Shown here one piece after another: positions 11,342 through 22,139 of a stretch of DNA of 44,225 nt. This DNA is from Ionaspis alba (lineage: Eukaryota), in assembly GCA_964255285.1 (NCBI GenBank), contig CAXUUL010000055.1:1-44225 (forward strand), given 5' to 3'. The position numbers and the translations under genes are program-made. The notes under the pieces are model-generated. The model had not been told where the DNA came from, searched no databases, and was given only the letters and a program-made list of their open reading frames with translations. Each line of letters begins with the position of its first letter. Position 1 is the stretch's first letter.

Positions 11342-13612
11342 TCATCCACCCGCCATCTCCACCAATCCTGCCCCCAACCCCACAGGTTTCCAAACTCCCT
11401 TATCCTTCTTATCCCTCACGACCAACAAATCCCCCTTCACGAAAAACACAGCACCCCCCTTCCCACTCGAGCTGGCCGTCAATCTAAACAGCGGCAACCC
11501 AGTCGTCTCGTGCGCTTCCCGCAGCGGCATCATCCACAACCCTTGCTCAACCGCCCAATCCTCCACAATATCTTTGAATGTCGTTTCCGGCTGCGGAGGC
11601 GGCTTCGGCGTTGCGCTCTTCGCACCATTAGCACCGACAGCGCCTTTGAGCGGCGTTGACGGTAGCGGCCGCGTGGGACCAGCGGCAGGAGGTGGAAGAT
11701 GGGTGGCGACGCGATCGCCGAGTTCGAGCGCGAGATTGATGGTTTCAAACCCTTTGGTCCACTCTGCAGCGATCATTGGCAGCGCGTTCAGAGATGGGGG
11801 AATCTGCTCCTGCCACCAGGCAAACCATTGCGAGATTTCATCGTAGTTGGGTTCGGAGATTAGCCAGGTGTGTAGGATGGAGTGGAAGAGGGGGAAGAAT
11901 TCGGCGAGGAGGAGTTGTGCCATGGTGGTGCTGCTGAAGAGTGGCGTCCAGGCTAGAACGGCGGTGAAGGGGGTGAGGTCTTGGTCTTGGGGGTCGACGG
12001 TGAAGTGGGTTTGGAGGTGGGTCGCGAGGCGGGGGAGGAGGTGTCGAACCAGGAGGTCGGAGAGGTTGCTGCGGAGGACGGGTTGCCAGGGTGTGAGATA
12101 GGAGGGGATGCCGGTGCTGAGGTCGTGCGTGGTGAGTAGAGAGCGGAACTTGCGTTTGATGTCTACTAGAAGTCCGCTCGAGGCTGTGAAATCTGTGTGA
12201 TGGGCGGGAAGGTGCTGGAGCCAAGGGAATAGCCAGATGTGGGGAGGCGGGGTCTGGTGGGATTTCTTGGATTTCCGCGGTTTCCAGTCAGTGATAGCGC
12301 TTGTGAGGCGAGGAATAAGGAGTTGGTTGATGAGGTTTGAGAGGACGAAAGCCGGGAGGAGGGGTCGCCAGGCAGTTATGAGGGCGATAAGGGGGTCGGG
12401 ATTATGTACGTCCCAGGTATTCGTTATGGCTGTCCGGACGGGTGGGAGCCAAAGGGTGTAAATAAGAGTTTCGTAGTGGGTTGTTGATTTACGGCTCCTG
12501 TTGATACTTTGGTGGCCATTCTGGAGGACGACCGCGTTGCCAGAGGTGACAGATTCGATGCCGAGGACGTGTTGTAGACGTTCGATATAGGTGACGATAA
12601 GGGTTGGGTCCGACAGAGGATCCCAGTCAAGCATTGCTTTCCGAAAGAGAGGGTGAATCGCTGCCACGGCAACTTCCTGCATGCCATACTTATCGAGATC
12701 GTCCCGGAAGCCAATTTCCATTGTTTCCAGCTTGCTCGTGATCTTCTCCCACGCCTCCATGCCCTCATCGATCTCGTTATTCTCGATGGAGATTTGTTGT
12801 AATTGTTCAACCACGCCAATCACCCCTTCTAGCCGACGTATATTCTCGAATTCGGCATCAATTTCTCCGATAAGGTGGCTGCTCTGAAGCTCGAAATACT
12901 TCTTTCGATCTGTAAGATTGCTCCATTCGTCCGCAAAGGCTTCCAAGTCTCTTCGTGCTCTCCGGGCAATCTTCGTAGCTTCCGTCTCGCTAGGAACCAT
13001 ATATTCATTCGGCGTTGACACACCTGAACCCGATGATAGAAGCTTAGTTTCCTTTCCGGTAATGTCGATAATAGATTTAAGAACGTTCGGAACCTGAAGA
13101 CCCTCAGCCTCAGCCTCTATCTCGGCTGTAGTCCTGTATTTTGGCTTTAATCTGGCTCTTAATGCCCCTGGAGTACTAGCTCCACTTCCTCCGTTGGCCA
13201 TACGCTTCTCCTTTTGCTTTTTTCGCCTCTTCCTCTCTTCCTCGGAGGAATCTTCGAAGACCTCTCCTCGAAACGCTGCTTCCCGTTTCTCCTCTTCCTT
13301 CGCCTGCTTCGTCTTCTCCTTCACGGCTCCTAAGCCGACTCCTTGAGGTCGAAGCTGGGTTTCAATCGGCGCAAGTCGTCCTCGACCAGTAGCTCCAAGA
13401 CCCTCTCCCTCCTTGTATCCCATCTTTGCCATCATCCTCGCTGCAAACGAGTTGGGGTTGGCTGCAGATGCGGTCGCATTATTGTTGGTCTTTCTCTTCT
13501 TGTAAGAAGATCCCCCAGAGCCTTCTCCATAATCATCGAGCTTCCGCCGACCCAAAGAGAAACCCATCCCTCCACGAGACATGGGTATTTCCTCCTCGTC
13601 TGTGTCAGACAT
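11342..13612 (-). CDS. SPP382: G-patch spliceosome disassembly factor Spp382/Ntr1/TFIP11, 756 aa, intronless
   Basis: G-patch SFAARMMAKMGYKEGEGLGATGRG...GVGLG near the N-terminus. A GCFC-like helical region follows (LWLPPVRTAITNTWD, PHIWLFPWL, EISQWFAWW), then a C-terminal FKDIVEDWA...TGLPLFRL. Confidence 0.9.
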   Translation of the reverse strand: MSDTDEEEIPMSRGGMGFSLGRRKLDDYGEGSGGSSYKKRKTNNNATASAANPNSFAARMMAKMGYKEGEGLGATGRGRLAPIETQLRPQGVGLGAVKEKTKQAKEEEKREAAFRGEVFEDSSEEERKRRKKQKEKRMANGGSGASTPGALRARLKPKYRTTAEIEAEAEGLQVPNVLKSIIDITGKETKLLSSGSGVSTPNEYMVPSETEATKIARRARRDLEAFADEWSNLTDRKKYFELQSSHLIGEIDAEFENIRRLEGVIGVVEQLQQISIENNEIDEGMEAWEKITSKLETMEIGFRDDLDKYGMQEVAVAAIHPLFRKAMLDWDPLSDPTLIVTYIERLQHVLGIESVTSGNAVVLQNGHQSINRSRKSTTHYETLIYTLWLPPVRTAITNTWDVHNPDPLIALITAWRPLLPAFVLSNLINQLLIPRLTSAITDWKPRKSKKSHQTPPPHIWLFPWLQHLPAHHTDFTASSGLLVDIKRKFRSLLTTHDLSTGIPSYLTPWQPVLRSNLSDLLVRHLLPRLATHLQTHFTVDPQDQDLTPFTAVLAWTPLFSSTTMAQLLLAEFFPLFHSILHTWLISEPNYDEISQWFAWWQEQIPPSLNALPMIAAEWTKGFETINLALELGDRVATHLPPPAAGPTRPLPSTPLKGAVGANGAKSATPKPPPQPETTFKDIVEDWAVEQGLWMMPLREAHETTGLPLFRLTASSSGKGGAVFFVKGDLLVVRDKKDKGVWKPVGLGAGLVEMAGG

Positions 13613-13995
13613 GGTTGTTGATCGTCAGGATTCCGTGGACTTTCCAGGATATGCCCAATTTCGGGACTATAGCACCATAAAGCAGTACCGACGTAATGAC
13701 TTGGCACAACAAGAGTATTGCGCCCCCTTCTCAGCCTGACAGGAGTAAATGTTGTTGTAAAGGCCTTTGATTTGGATCAGATATTGAACTTCTCCCGGCA
13801 TCGGTCAAACCTATCTCCTCGAGGGCAGCTCGGAACGAGCCAGTGCAGGGTGTAATAGACGGATCCCTGCAAAGGTCTATTCATAGCCTTTTCGCCCTAC
13901 GCGATCCGCAACATTGAAGCTCAAACCTCGCGAACTTCAATAAAAAATTGACAGAGCACACGACGCAACGTTCATGCATCACGACCAAAGCCAAG

Positions 13996-16900
13996 ATGCT
14001 CAAGGCGCTTCGGTCGAGGAGTGGGAGTTATGTGTCGGTCGGAAAGGACGATTTTGAGGAATTGGAGCAGAATGCAGTCGATATTGACCAGAACGCCAGC
14101 GACTTCGTATCACGACTTGCTCCTGTCGCAGACACAACACAAAAGTCAGAAAAAATACCAGCTGCCAATATAAGAGATGGACAGATATCAGATCCCTCAG
14201 TTGGACGGAGCTCGGCAGGGATTGTGTCACAGAAAGTCCAGCTGCTCAACACATCTCTGCTGCCTTTCAACGACTCAATCACGTTCGAAGAGACGCTGGC
14301 TAGTGCCTTTGGAGACAACGGGTTCTCGATGTCGTTGGTCGGAGAAAATTTGGGGGAGATAGGATCATCAGAATCCAGAGAGCACGGGTCTGCACAGGCT
14401 TCTATAAATGATACGTACAATATTGAAGAAAAATCGATTGCTGGATCTGAATATGACAAAGTACCAAAGCCTTTTGCGGAGGAGCCATTGGTACGGACAG
14501 TGTCAAGAGAAGGCTCAATACCAATGCGTCATCCAACACCGGACCTTCAAGCACTGCAAGGAGCTTATGTTTCGAACGTTGAACGACTGGAACAGAGTGC
14601 GGAAAGGTTGAGTATGAATTCCGATATTGGGGAAGCACTGAGGAACATGAAGATGGATCAAAAACGTTCGGAGAGTAGAAGATCTTCGATCCTGGCAGCG
14701 GAATCAAATCGCGCTGCGGCAGCGATCCCACCTATGTCTCGTCAATTTTCTTCGGACTCCCACAAGTCAAATTCTATTCTCCGGCTCAACAGTACTGCCC
14801 GCTCAGGCGGGTTTTCTCCTAGCGCCTACGTGCCTTCGCCTGCAGGTTCCCTTCGCTCTCCATCAGGGACACACCATTCCGCTAAGGAACGTTCATCCCT
14901 ACAGAGCCAAACTCGAAAAACCTCACTAAGTAAACATCCCACGCCGCAATCCCTTCTCGAGTACGAAGCTTTCCCAACCGAGTCACAAGTCGCACACAGA
15001 TCTTTCTCATCTACTGTCGAAGAACCGCAGGTACTGCATATTGCCAATCTCGGGGACCAACATACTATCGATGAGCGTCTCAACGGCGAACACTCAAGTG
15101 AGGCACACCAAGAGATCGGTGACTACGAGCAACTACCATACGAAGAAATAGACGATTTCCCAGAGCAGAGTGGCTACGGCGAAAAGTATCAACGAGCTAC
15201 TAATCTGTTCGCGGACTTTGATGGTGTCCACTTTACACCTCATAGCCACAGTCGCACAGTCTCTAAGGAATTGAGCGTACGAAGCAAACGAAGTTCTCTT
15301 GCAGCATCAATAACGTCGAACACACCCAGACTCGAAGAAGCGCCTCCAGGCAAGGTTTACTATCCAGCACCTATACCCAAGGAAATTATGCTTCCAGCAC
15401 GACTCTCTAAGCTTCCTCCTGCCAATGAGCAGACACGACGAGCGACTTACAAGGCCGAGTATGGTGACCGTCGACCACGAGGGCATACCAAATCGTGGCT
15501 ACCTGACGGGCACAATCTCATTGTCCCAGGAGAAGGGACTCAAGGCGCCCGACACAGTCGCGCAGAGATTGACGAAGTTCGAAGAAGAGCGAGTAGATAC
15601 TGGTCACATCCGTCTATAACTCAAGACATTGCCATGATCAACGGCTCTGCCGCTCTAACTTTAGACTCCATACTGGAAGCTTCGGTCCTGGCGCCAGTAA
15701 CTGCCTTTACAGACCACCCATTCGCCGGTCGTGCCGGAGCAGAGATATACGGACCAAGCGAAGCACGAGACAACACTGGTAATAAGTTAGCTAAGCACAA
15801 GGATTATCGAAGGAGCAAAGCACCGGCGGCTAGCTCGAATGAGCGCCGCAACAGCGGAAGCTTCATGGAAGATAGTAGCCGACGCCTGTCTCTTCTAAAT
15901 CCGATTGGAATTTTTAAACGACGACAAAGCGGTACGCACGTGCGAAGTGATGGAATAGATGGCGATGAACAAGAGCACGCAGACTATAGCCATGAAGGCA
16001 CACCCCTAGGAGGTTCCAGTGAGGTTGGATCACAAGATCAGAACGGAGAGCTAGATACAGACGAGGATGAAGTCAATGCTAATGAAGTGGGAGACGAGGA
16101 ACTGTACTCTGGTGCTCCAACGACTCTCTTAGCAGAACTCCAGCTCCGCAAACAGCAGCAAAAGCAGCGTAACCGAACTGCTGCCACTCAAAACGGCATG
16201 TATTCGACGTTGCTCCAAATGGATGCGGTTGCTCAGGTACAGAAGCAAGCTCGCAAACAGAAACAAGTCACTCTAGCTTGGGAAGATCCTGCTATTAAGG
16301 ACGCTGGGGACGACGATGAAGATGTACCTCTGGGAGTACTGTTCCCGGGACGCGAAGCGAACGCGAAGTCTGCTGCACGTTTTGATGAGAATCGACCTCT
16401 CGGACTGATTGCACAACGTGAATTTGAGGATAATGAGACCCTGGCACAAAGAAGAGCAAGATTGCGTGGAGAGATCCGCCCACGTCGATCCATCGTTGCC
16501 GACGAGAAAGCTGGCACGCTCAAAGTTACTCTACCGAGTGAGCAGAAAGTTGTCCTCGATGAGGTCGAAGGAGAGACACTTGGTCAACGACGCCGCCGAC
16601 TTCAGGCTGCTAATCGTGGTTCGAGCTTCACGACTGAAGTCATGAGTCAATTTGTAGGACCAGCAACGCAACAACCCGGAAACGTGGCCGAGGCGGAGGT
16701 GGAAGATCCTAATGAAACTCTAGCGCAAAGAAGAAGCCGTCTGAAGGCGAAGAAAGAAGCCGAAGCACGCAAGAGTACTCAGACCTCGAATCGCCCCGGA
16801 ATGCAAAAGAGACATTCAATGGCAGATTTACTCACCGCGTACCCTGCCGGAAGCCGTACACCATCTGGAGGAAGTGTGCCTCAAGCGTCTGGACGTGGTG

Positions 16901-17274
16901 GCCCACTTCGTCGTCAAACAATGTCACGACTGATTCCCAATGCGCCCACCAACATTCAGTTCTCATCTCCGACCGCCGGGCCCTACCAGAACGTTCAGTA
17001 TGCCTACCCTACCCCCAATTTTGGCATGATGGCATACAACAACAACGCTGGACAGCCAATGGCATATCCTAACCCATTCAACAACAACATCTCTATGGGT
17101 GGAACGCTTCAGACGACTACCAATGGCTATAATGGCTACAATGGCAGATATGCCAATCCTTTGAACAGGCAGAATCGCACCAATCAGAGGCAGTCATCTG
17201 CTACCGCGGCACCCGCCGTGGACCCATCCCAGCTGGCCATGATCGACCGCTGGAGGTCGTCTGTTATGCAATGA
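13996..17274 (+). CDS. Conserved fungal hypothetical protein, largely disordered, with three ETL[AG]QRRxRL repeats, about 1092 aa
   Basis: Long uninterrupted ORF with first ATG at 13996. Conserved-looking islands: HPTPDLQALQGAY, VYYPAPIP, SAALTLDSILEAS..APVTAFTDHP, APTTLLAELQLRK, IDRWRSSV. Confidence 0.8.
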   Translation: MLKALRSRSGSYVSVGKDDFEELEQNAVDIDQNASDFVSRLAPVADTTQKSEKIPAANIRDGQISDPSVGRSSAGIVSQKVQLLNTSLLPFNDSITFEETLASAFGDNGFSMSLVGENLGEIGSSESREHGSAQASINDTYNIEEKSIAGSEYDKVPKPFAEEPLVRTVSREGSIPMRHPTPDLQALQGAYVSNVERLEQSAERLSMNSDIGEALRNMKMDQKRSESRRSSILAAESNRAAAAIPPMSRQFSSDSHKSNSILRLNSTARSGGFSPSAYVPSPAGSLRSPSGTHHSAKERSSLQSQTRKTSLSKHPTPQSLLEYEAFPTESQVAHRSFSSTVEEPQVLHIANLGDQHTIDERLNGEHSSEAHQEIGDYEQLPYEEIDDFPEQSGYGEKYQRATNLFADFDGVHFTPHSHSRTVSKELSVRSKRSSLAASITSNTPRLEEAPPGKVYYPAPIPKEIMLPARLSKLPPANEQTRRATYKAEYGDRRPRGHTKSWLPDGHNLIVPGEGTQGARHSRAEIDEVRRRASRYWSHPSITQDIAMINGSAALTLDSILEASVLAPVTAFTDHPFAGRAGAEIYGPSEARDNTGNKLAKHKDYRRSKAPAASSNERRNSGSFMEDSSRRLSLLNPIGIFKRRQSGTHVRSDGIDGDEQEHADYSHEGTPLGGSSEVGSQDQNGELDTDEDEVNANEVGDEELYSGAPTTLLAELQLRKQQQKQRNRTAATQNGMYSTLLQMDAVAQVQKQARKQKQVTLAWEDPAIKDAGDDDEDVPLGVLFPGREANAKSAARFDENRPLGLIAQREFEDNETLAQRRARLRGEIRPRRSIVADEKAGTLKVTLPSEQKVVLDEVEGETLGQRRRRLQAANRGSSFTTEVMSQFVGPATQQPGNVAEAEVEDPNETLAQRRSRLKAKKEAEARKSTQTSNRPGMQKRHSMADLLTAYPAGSRTPSGGSVPQASGRGGPLRRQTMSRLIPNAPTNIQFSSPTAGPYQNVQYAYPTPNFGMMAYNNNAGQPMAYPNPFNNNISMGGTLQTTTNGYNGYNGRYANPLNRQNRTNQRQSSATAAPAVDPSQLAMIDRWRSSVMQ

Positions 17275-17612
17275 ACATTCAATTCTTTTCTTTCTTGTGA
17301 TGTCATGGTATGGCGCAGAAGTCCTCATGTGCATTTAGCGATGGAGTCTGTTAGGCATATGGTAGGATGCAGCACAGCGAAGGAGTCTTTTTGTAAGATA
17401 GTTTAGCTGTGGACTAAGGGCCAGGAGGCCTTCTCAAAATGCTTTTGAGGCAGATAGAAATTCAGAAATCATGTAGAATACTTCAAACTTGAAAGTTTCG
17501 AAATGTCTCAATGGTGCTTTCATATATACACGCCGAGGCGACTAGGATCTTCTGAGGAAGTGGAAGCGCCGTTGAATCTAGCACGATTCTAGGCCCGTAG
17601 CCCAGTCCATCG

Positions 17613-17663
17613 CCCCACCAAGCGGAGAGGAGCCTCCGTCCTCTTTCACGTGCCTCGGCGGGG
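17613..17663 (+). promoter_or_regulatory. Cluster of CreA/Mig1-type SYGGRG sites, a CGG-N10-CCG inverted repeat and a CACGTG E-box upstream of glycerol kinase
   Basis: CCCCAC at 17613-17618, GCGGAG at 17622-17627 and GCGGGG at 17658-17663. CGGAG...CTCCG spans 17623-17638 and CACGTG is at 17647-17652. Confidence 0.4.
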
Positions 17664-17857
17664 TTTGGGTAGTTACAGTGCTTTTCTAGATGCTACTGAC
17701 TTCTCCTAATCCTCTGGGACAATGCAGGCGATGGCGGGTAATTTGTCTCCTTTCTAAACTCTATGGCAGCGGCAAATCATTACCGCGATCTAGACGGCCC
17801 AGTGTCCACCATCAGAGTCACATTCATAATATTCATGGGCACGAAACCTGTGCGGCA

Positions 17858-19538
17858 ATGAAGCAGCCAGAGGACGTTAAATCTCGCGTCTTTCTTGGAG
17901 CAATTGACGCGGGAACTACTTCGTCAAGATTCTTGATATTCGACAGATCAGGAACGCCTGTGGCGAGTCATCAGATTGAGCTCACAAATCAGCATGCGCA
18001 TCCTGGGTCAGTGGCAGAGATATAGTGGCTGGAGAGCGTACTCCACTAATCTGACTTGCAGATGGCATGAGCATGATCCGCAAGAGCTTGTGGACTCGGT
18101 CCAGACCTGCATCACCAAAGCCACGGATTCATTCGTGGAGTCGGGCAATTCGATCACCGACATCAAAGCCATCGGCATCACTAACCAACGGGAAACGACA
18201 CTGGTATGGGACAGTGAGACCGGAGAGCCTCTTCACAAGGCTATCGTCTGGCCAGACACAAGGACGCAACCTATAGTCCGTGAACTGAAAGCACGTAAAG
18301 GAGCTGACAAGCTGCAAAACATCTGTGGACTTCCACTGTCGACATATCCATCATCTGTGAAGTTGCTGTGGTTGCTTCGAAACTGTGAGAAGACTAAAGA
18401 AGCCTATGAAAAAGGACGACTAGCATTTGGGACTGTTGATACATGGCTCTTGTTCAAGTTCAATGGGGGCAGAGATCGAGATGTATTTGTTACAGATGCC
18501 ACCAACGCATCAAGAACTATGTTCGTCAACTTACGCACTCTAGAATATGATCAACAGATGTTAGACTTCTTTTGTTTGGACACGAAAAAGATCAAGCTCC
18601 CTCAAATTGTCCCTTCTTCTGATGCGAATGCTTTTGGATCAATGGCCTCTGGTTCCCTGAAGGGGATCAAGATCACAGGATGCCTTGGAGACCAGTCGGC
18701 TGCTCTAGTCGGCCAGTGTGCATTCTCTCCTGGCCAAGCTAAGAATACCTACGGCACTGGTTGCTTCCTGCTTTACAACGTTGGCGAGAAGCCCGTGATA
18801 TCAAACCATGGCTTGCTGGCGACCGTTGCATACCACTTTGGAGGAAAACGAAAACCGGTATATGCTTTAGAAGGCAGCATAGCAGTGGCGGGAAGTGCTA
18901 TCCAATTTCTCAAAAACAATTTTGGTTTCTTTGAGTCTTCTCACCAGATCAGTGACTTGGCTTCGACCGTCAAAGACAATGGTGGATGTGTATTTGTTAC
19001 CGCTTTCAGCGGTCTGTTTGCTCCGTACTGGATCGATGACGCCAAGGGCACACTCTTTGGTATCACACAGCATACGCAGAAGGGCCACATAGCAAGAGCA
19101 ACACTTGAAGCGACGTGTTTTCAGACCAAGGCAATCCTCGACGCCATGGAGAAAGACAGCAAGCATAAATTGACAGAGCTCGCTGTGGATGGAGGCATGA
19201 GCAACTCTGATCTCTGCATGCAGGTGTGTATGATCTCCTCCTCTTAAACTCTTTGTTCTCAACCACTTCAGACCCAAGCAGATATAATAGGGATACCCGT
19301 CGACCGACCCGCGATGCGTGAAACAACTGCTCTGGGTGCCGCCATCGCCGCTGGATTTGCCGTGGACGTGTGGGAGGAGTTCGAGGAACTAAAGGAGGTC
19401 AATCAATCAGGCCGCACCATGTTCAAACCAAGTTTATCCAAAGCACAGAGTGCATCGTTGTATAAGAGGTGGGAAAGAGCTGTAGATATGTCCCGAGGAT
19501 GGGTGGATGCCAACGAAGGTGACGATAGTAATGCATAG
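17858..19538 (+). CDS. GUT1: Glycerol kinase (FGGY family), about 525 aa
   Basis: Exons 17858-18006, 18062-19223 and 19272-19538. Motifs: GAIDAGTTSSRF, GITNQRETT, GDQSAALVGQ, KNTYGTGCF, YALEGSIA, FSGLFAPYW, VDGG, ETTALGAA. Confidence 0.96.
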
Positions 19539-21031
19539 AGGCACGGATAAGATTCAGCAAATCGGTCTTACTCCCTTTGTATTTGTACCCGTACTATAGT
19601 CAATACCCCGATCGGATTTCTTTCGGCTTGCGCAGCGATGCTTCAAACTCGATTCACGCTGCTTTGCACGCCCCCTAAGCTCTGCTCGTACTGTTGTGGA
19701 CCTTTGGGTCATACATATTGTATACCAGGAGCTGGATTTGTTCTTTGAGTCAGCCATTTATGCCTCATTGGGAAGAGAAGACGCCAGTACTGGGCCACTT
19801 TGCACACCAGTTCAGGGGATTCAAATAACAGACTAAAGCCCTTCCAAAACCAGCGCGGAAGGCCCGCGAAACTGCTCCTTCGCAGCCTGCCTCATCCACG
19901 TGGCGATAACGTGGTTCTCCCATGCAACAAGATGAGGCCGAGCAGTAAGACTGCCATGGCTAGAGGCTGATAGGGTTACGTCTGATAGGCCTCATCATTG
20001 GAAGCCGAGGGACGGAACCCTATTCCAAAACAGCCCGCCGGGACTACGCCTAAAAGCTATACATCGCCCTTGTCAGGAATCTATCCCAGAACCTTGGCCT
20101 GGGATACAAGTCGGACCGGTGATCGTAGGATCGAACGCAAGCTAACCCGGCATTGATTGGCTTATGGCTCAACCGTCCACCATATGCCGCATGGTTGACC
20201 CACTCATACCCCGTCTCTGCTACCTTAGACATGACCACACGAATGTTCACGGTGAAATGGCTCCTATTCATTGGCCATGGCAGAATGAGAGGACAAGCAT
20301 GATGATGGAGGCTGCTCTCGTGATCTATGGAGGTTCTTAACGATGGTCTCGACCGCGATCCTACAGTCACAACATCGTCATCCCAACCAACTACTCGAAG
20401 GATTCAGCAATTTGTTTGCCACTTATAGACTCAAATGTGTCCCTTTGAAAGCGAGATATCAGCACCAGATCTGACTGCCGTTATTAACTTGGTCTTCAGC
20501 TTCAAACAGGCGGGGATTATTTTGCCTCAACGGAGCTGAAAAACTACTTCGCCAGGGTCTGGTGCCATGAACCAGGACAGTCTGAAGTCCGAAACAAGAG
20601 CCGGTCCTCTTTCCTATAATGGTCTATGATGATAGCTCCGTTGATCGACATGAGCCTCTCAACCTCGACATGGCCTGCCACTCGGCATGGATAGACAGAC
20701 CCCCTCGTCCTTGCGGACGGCTATCCCGTCGCTGGACCTTGTCACCTCAAAGCTTCTTGCCCTCCCATCGCATGATTTGTGCTTGTACTGGCTGTGAGAG
20801 CACACCAGTACTGACCAATTACGCTCACGGACGCAGTCAGCAATCAAACTCTCGATGACAATTCACAGATGGGCGTAACCTCGCCCCCTCTACCCCACGC
20901 TCTGCCCCTCTATTACTCTGCTTTTACTCCCCACCACATCCATTGTTCGTTCTAGATAAGATCTCCAGACATGTGACTCTTTCCCCACATATATCTCATT
21001 CTTTCTCCTCCTTTCCACGGCACATCGCATC

Positions 21032-21445
21032 ATGTGTGACTATACCCAAGTGACATACCAGTGCGGGCATGTTCGCTATCTGGTTAAGGCCTGGTGCACC
21101 CGATACCAGCAAACTCAGCAGAGGTGTCCTCCGAATGTGGTAGCTTGGTAAGACCCTCTCACGTCGCGAGACTCCTCAGTCCCGCGATTTCCAGGACGAT
21201 TCACTAACTCATTCCTGGGCAGGGAGACAAACAATTCTGAAAAATGCGGTATGCCTCCATATACTTCGAATATTTATAGGTCCAAGCATCGAACTTCTAC
21301 TCGTTCATATCCGTACAATTTTACAACGAGAGATGTGGTCAGATTCCATCCAAGAAGCTAACGTGTAATAGGAAGTTGCAAAACCACGCCTCCCGTCGCC
21401 TCTTCGTCCTCCACATCCTCATCAACTTCCTCTAAAAAACCTTGA
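21032..21445 (+). CDS. Three-exon micro-gene encoding a 71-aa Cys/His-rich, putatively zinc-binding protein (not in the ORF track)
   Basis: Exons 21032-21147, 21223-21248 and 21372-21445. Introns read GTAAGA..CACTAAC..CAG and GTATGC..GCTAAC..TAG. The 216 nt translate to MCDYTQVTYQCGHVRYLVKAWCTRYQQTQQRCPPNVVAWETNNSEKCGSCKTTPPVASSSSTSSSTSSKKP*. A CT-rich leader precedes the ATG. Confidence 0.85.
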
Positions 21446-21929
21446 AAAGATAACCACCTACATCGACAAAAAGCATCTTTCACCCCCATCAACACGCAAT
21501 CACCAAGTTACCGAAGCTCAATACCATCGCCGAACACCCACACACAGTCTGCCAACACCCCCGTGATCATTTTCGCCATGGCCTCCAGACACCACGCAAG
21601 CCAGCAAAAATCTTGGGGGGCCCCGGAAGTAGAAGGCGCGAATGGAATTCCCGGAGAAAGTGGTGTAGGTGAGTAATCATTAGTTTCTCCCCAGACCCCA
21701 CTCAATACGAGTACTGAGATACGAGCTTACGCACATGGGTCCCAAGATCAGAGTGGCAACTTTGCCAAGCTCTCCTTTTGCAGAAATTTAGGAGGTTGTT
21801 GATTCGTCGACTTTCCGAGGGCGGTAGCTGACGGACGAGCATATGAAAGAGGGAGGTTGGAAATACCTCTTAATTCGACTGTCTCGATCGGAGATTTCGG
21901 TGAGTCACTAAGGAGGCAAACTGGCCTAT

Positions 21930-22139
21930 GGGCTGGCTTCGCATATTTCATGGCAGGCAGTAGGATATCGAATAGAGATGATTTNNNNNNNNNNNNNNNN
22001 NNNNNNNNNNNNNNNNNNNNNNNNNNNNNNNNNNNNNNNNNNNNNNNNNNNNNNNNNNNNNNNNNNNNNNNNNNNNNNNNNNNNGGGCTGGCTTCGCATA
22101 TTTCATGGCAGGCAGTAGGATATCGAATAGAGATGATTT
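21930..22139. other. Scaffold gap (N 21985-22084) with identical 55-nt flanks; assembly overlap artefact
   Basis: 21930-21984 is identical to 22085-22139. Confidence 0.9.

Noticed and set aside
17722..17769. Possible upstream coding exon and intron (ATG...G|GTAATT...CAG) extending glycerol kinase
   Set aside because: Splicing from that ATG gives a frame that stops at the TGA overlapping the main ATG, so it is not an N-terminal extension. At most it is a uORF, with no supporting evidence.
21249..21371. Internal TAG|GT in intron 2 of the micro-gene as a recursive or twin intron
   Set aside because: The 5' piece would be only 32 nt with no branch site, and the internal donor GTCCAA is poor.
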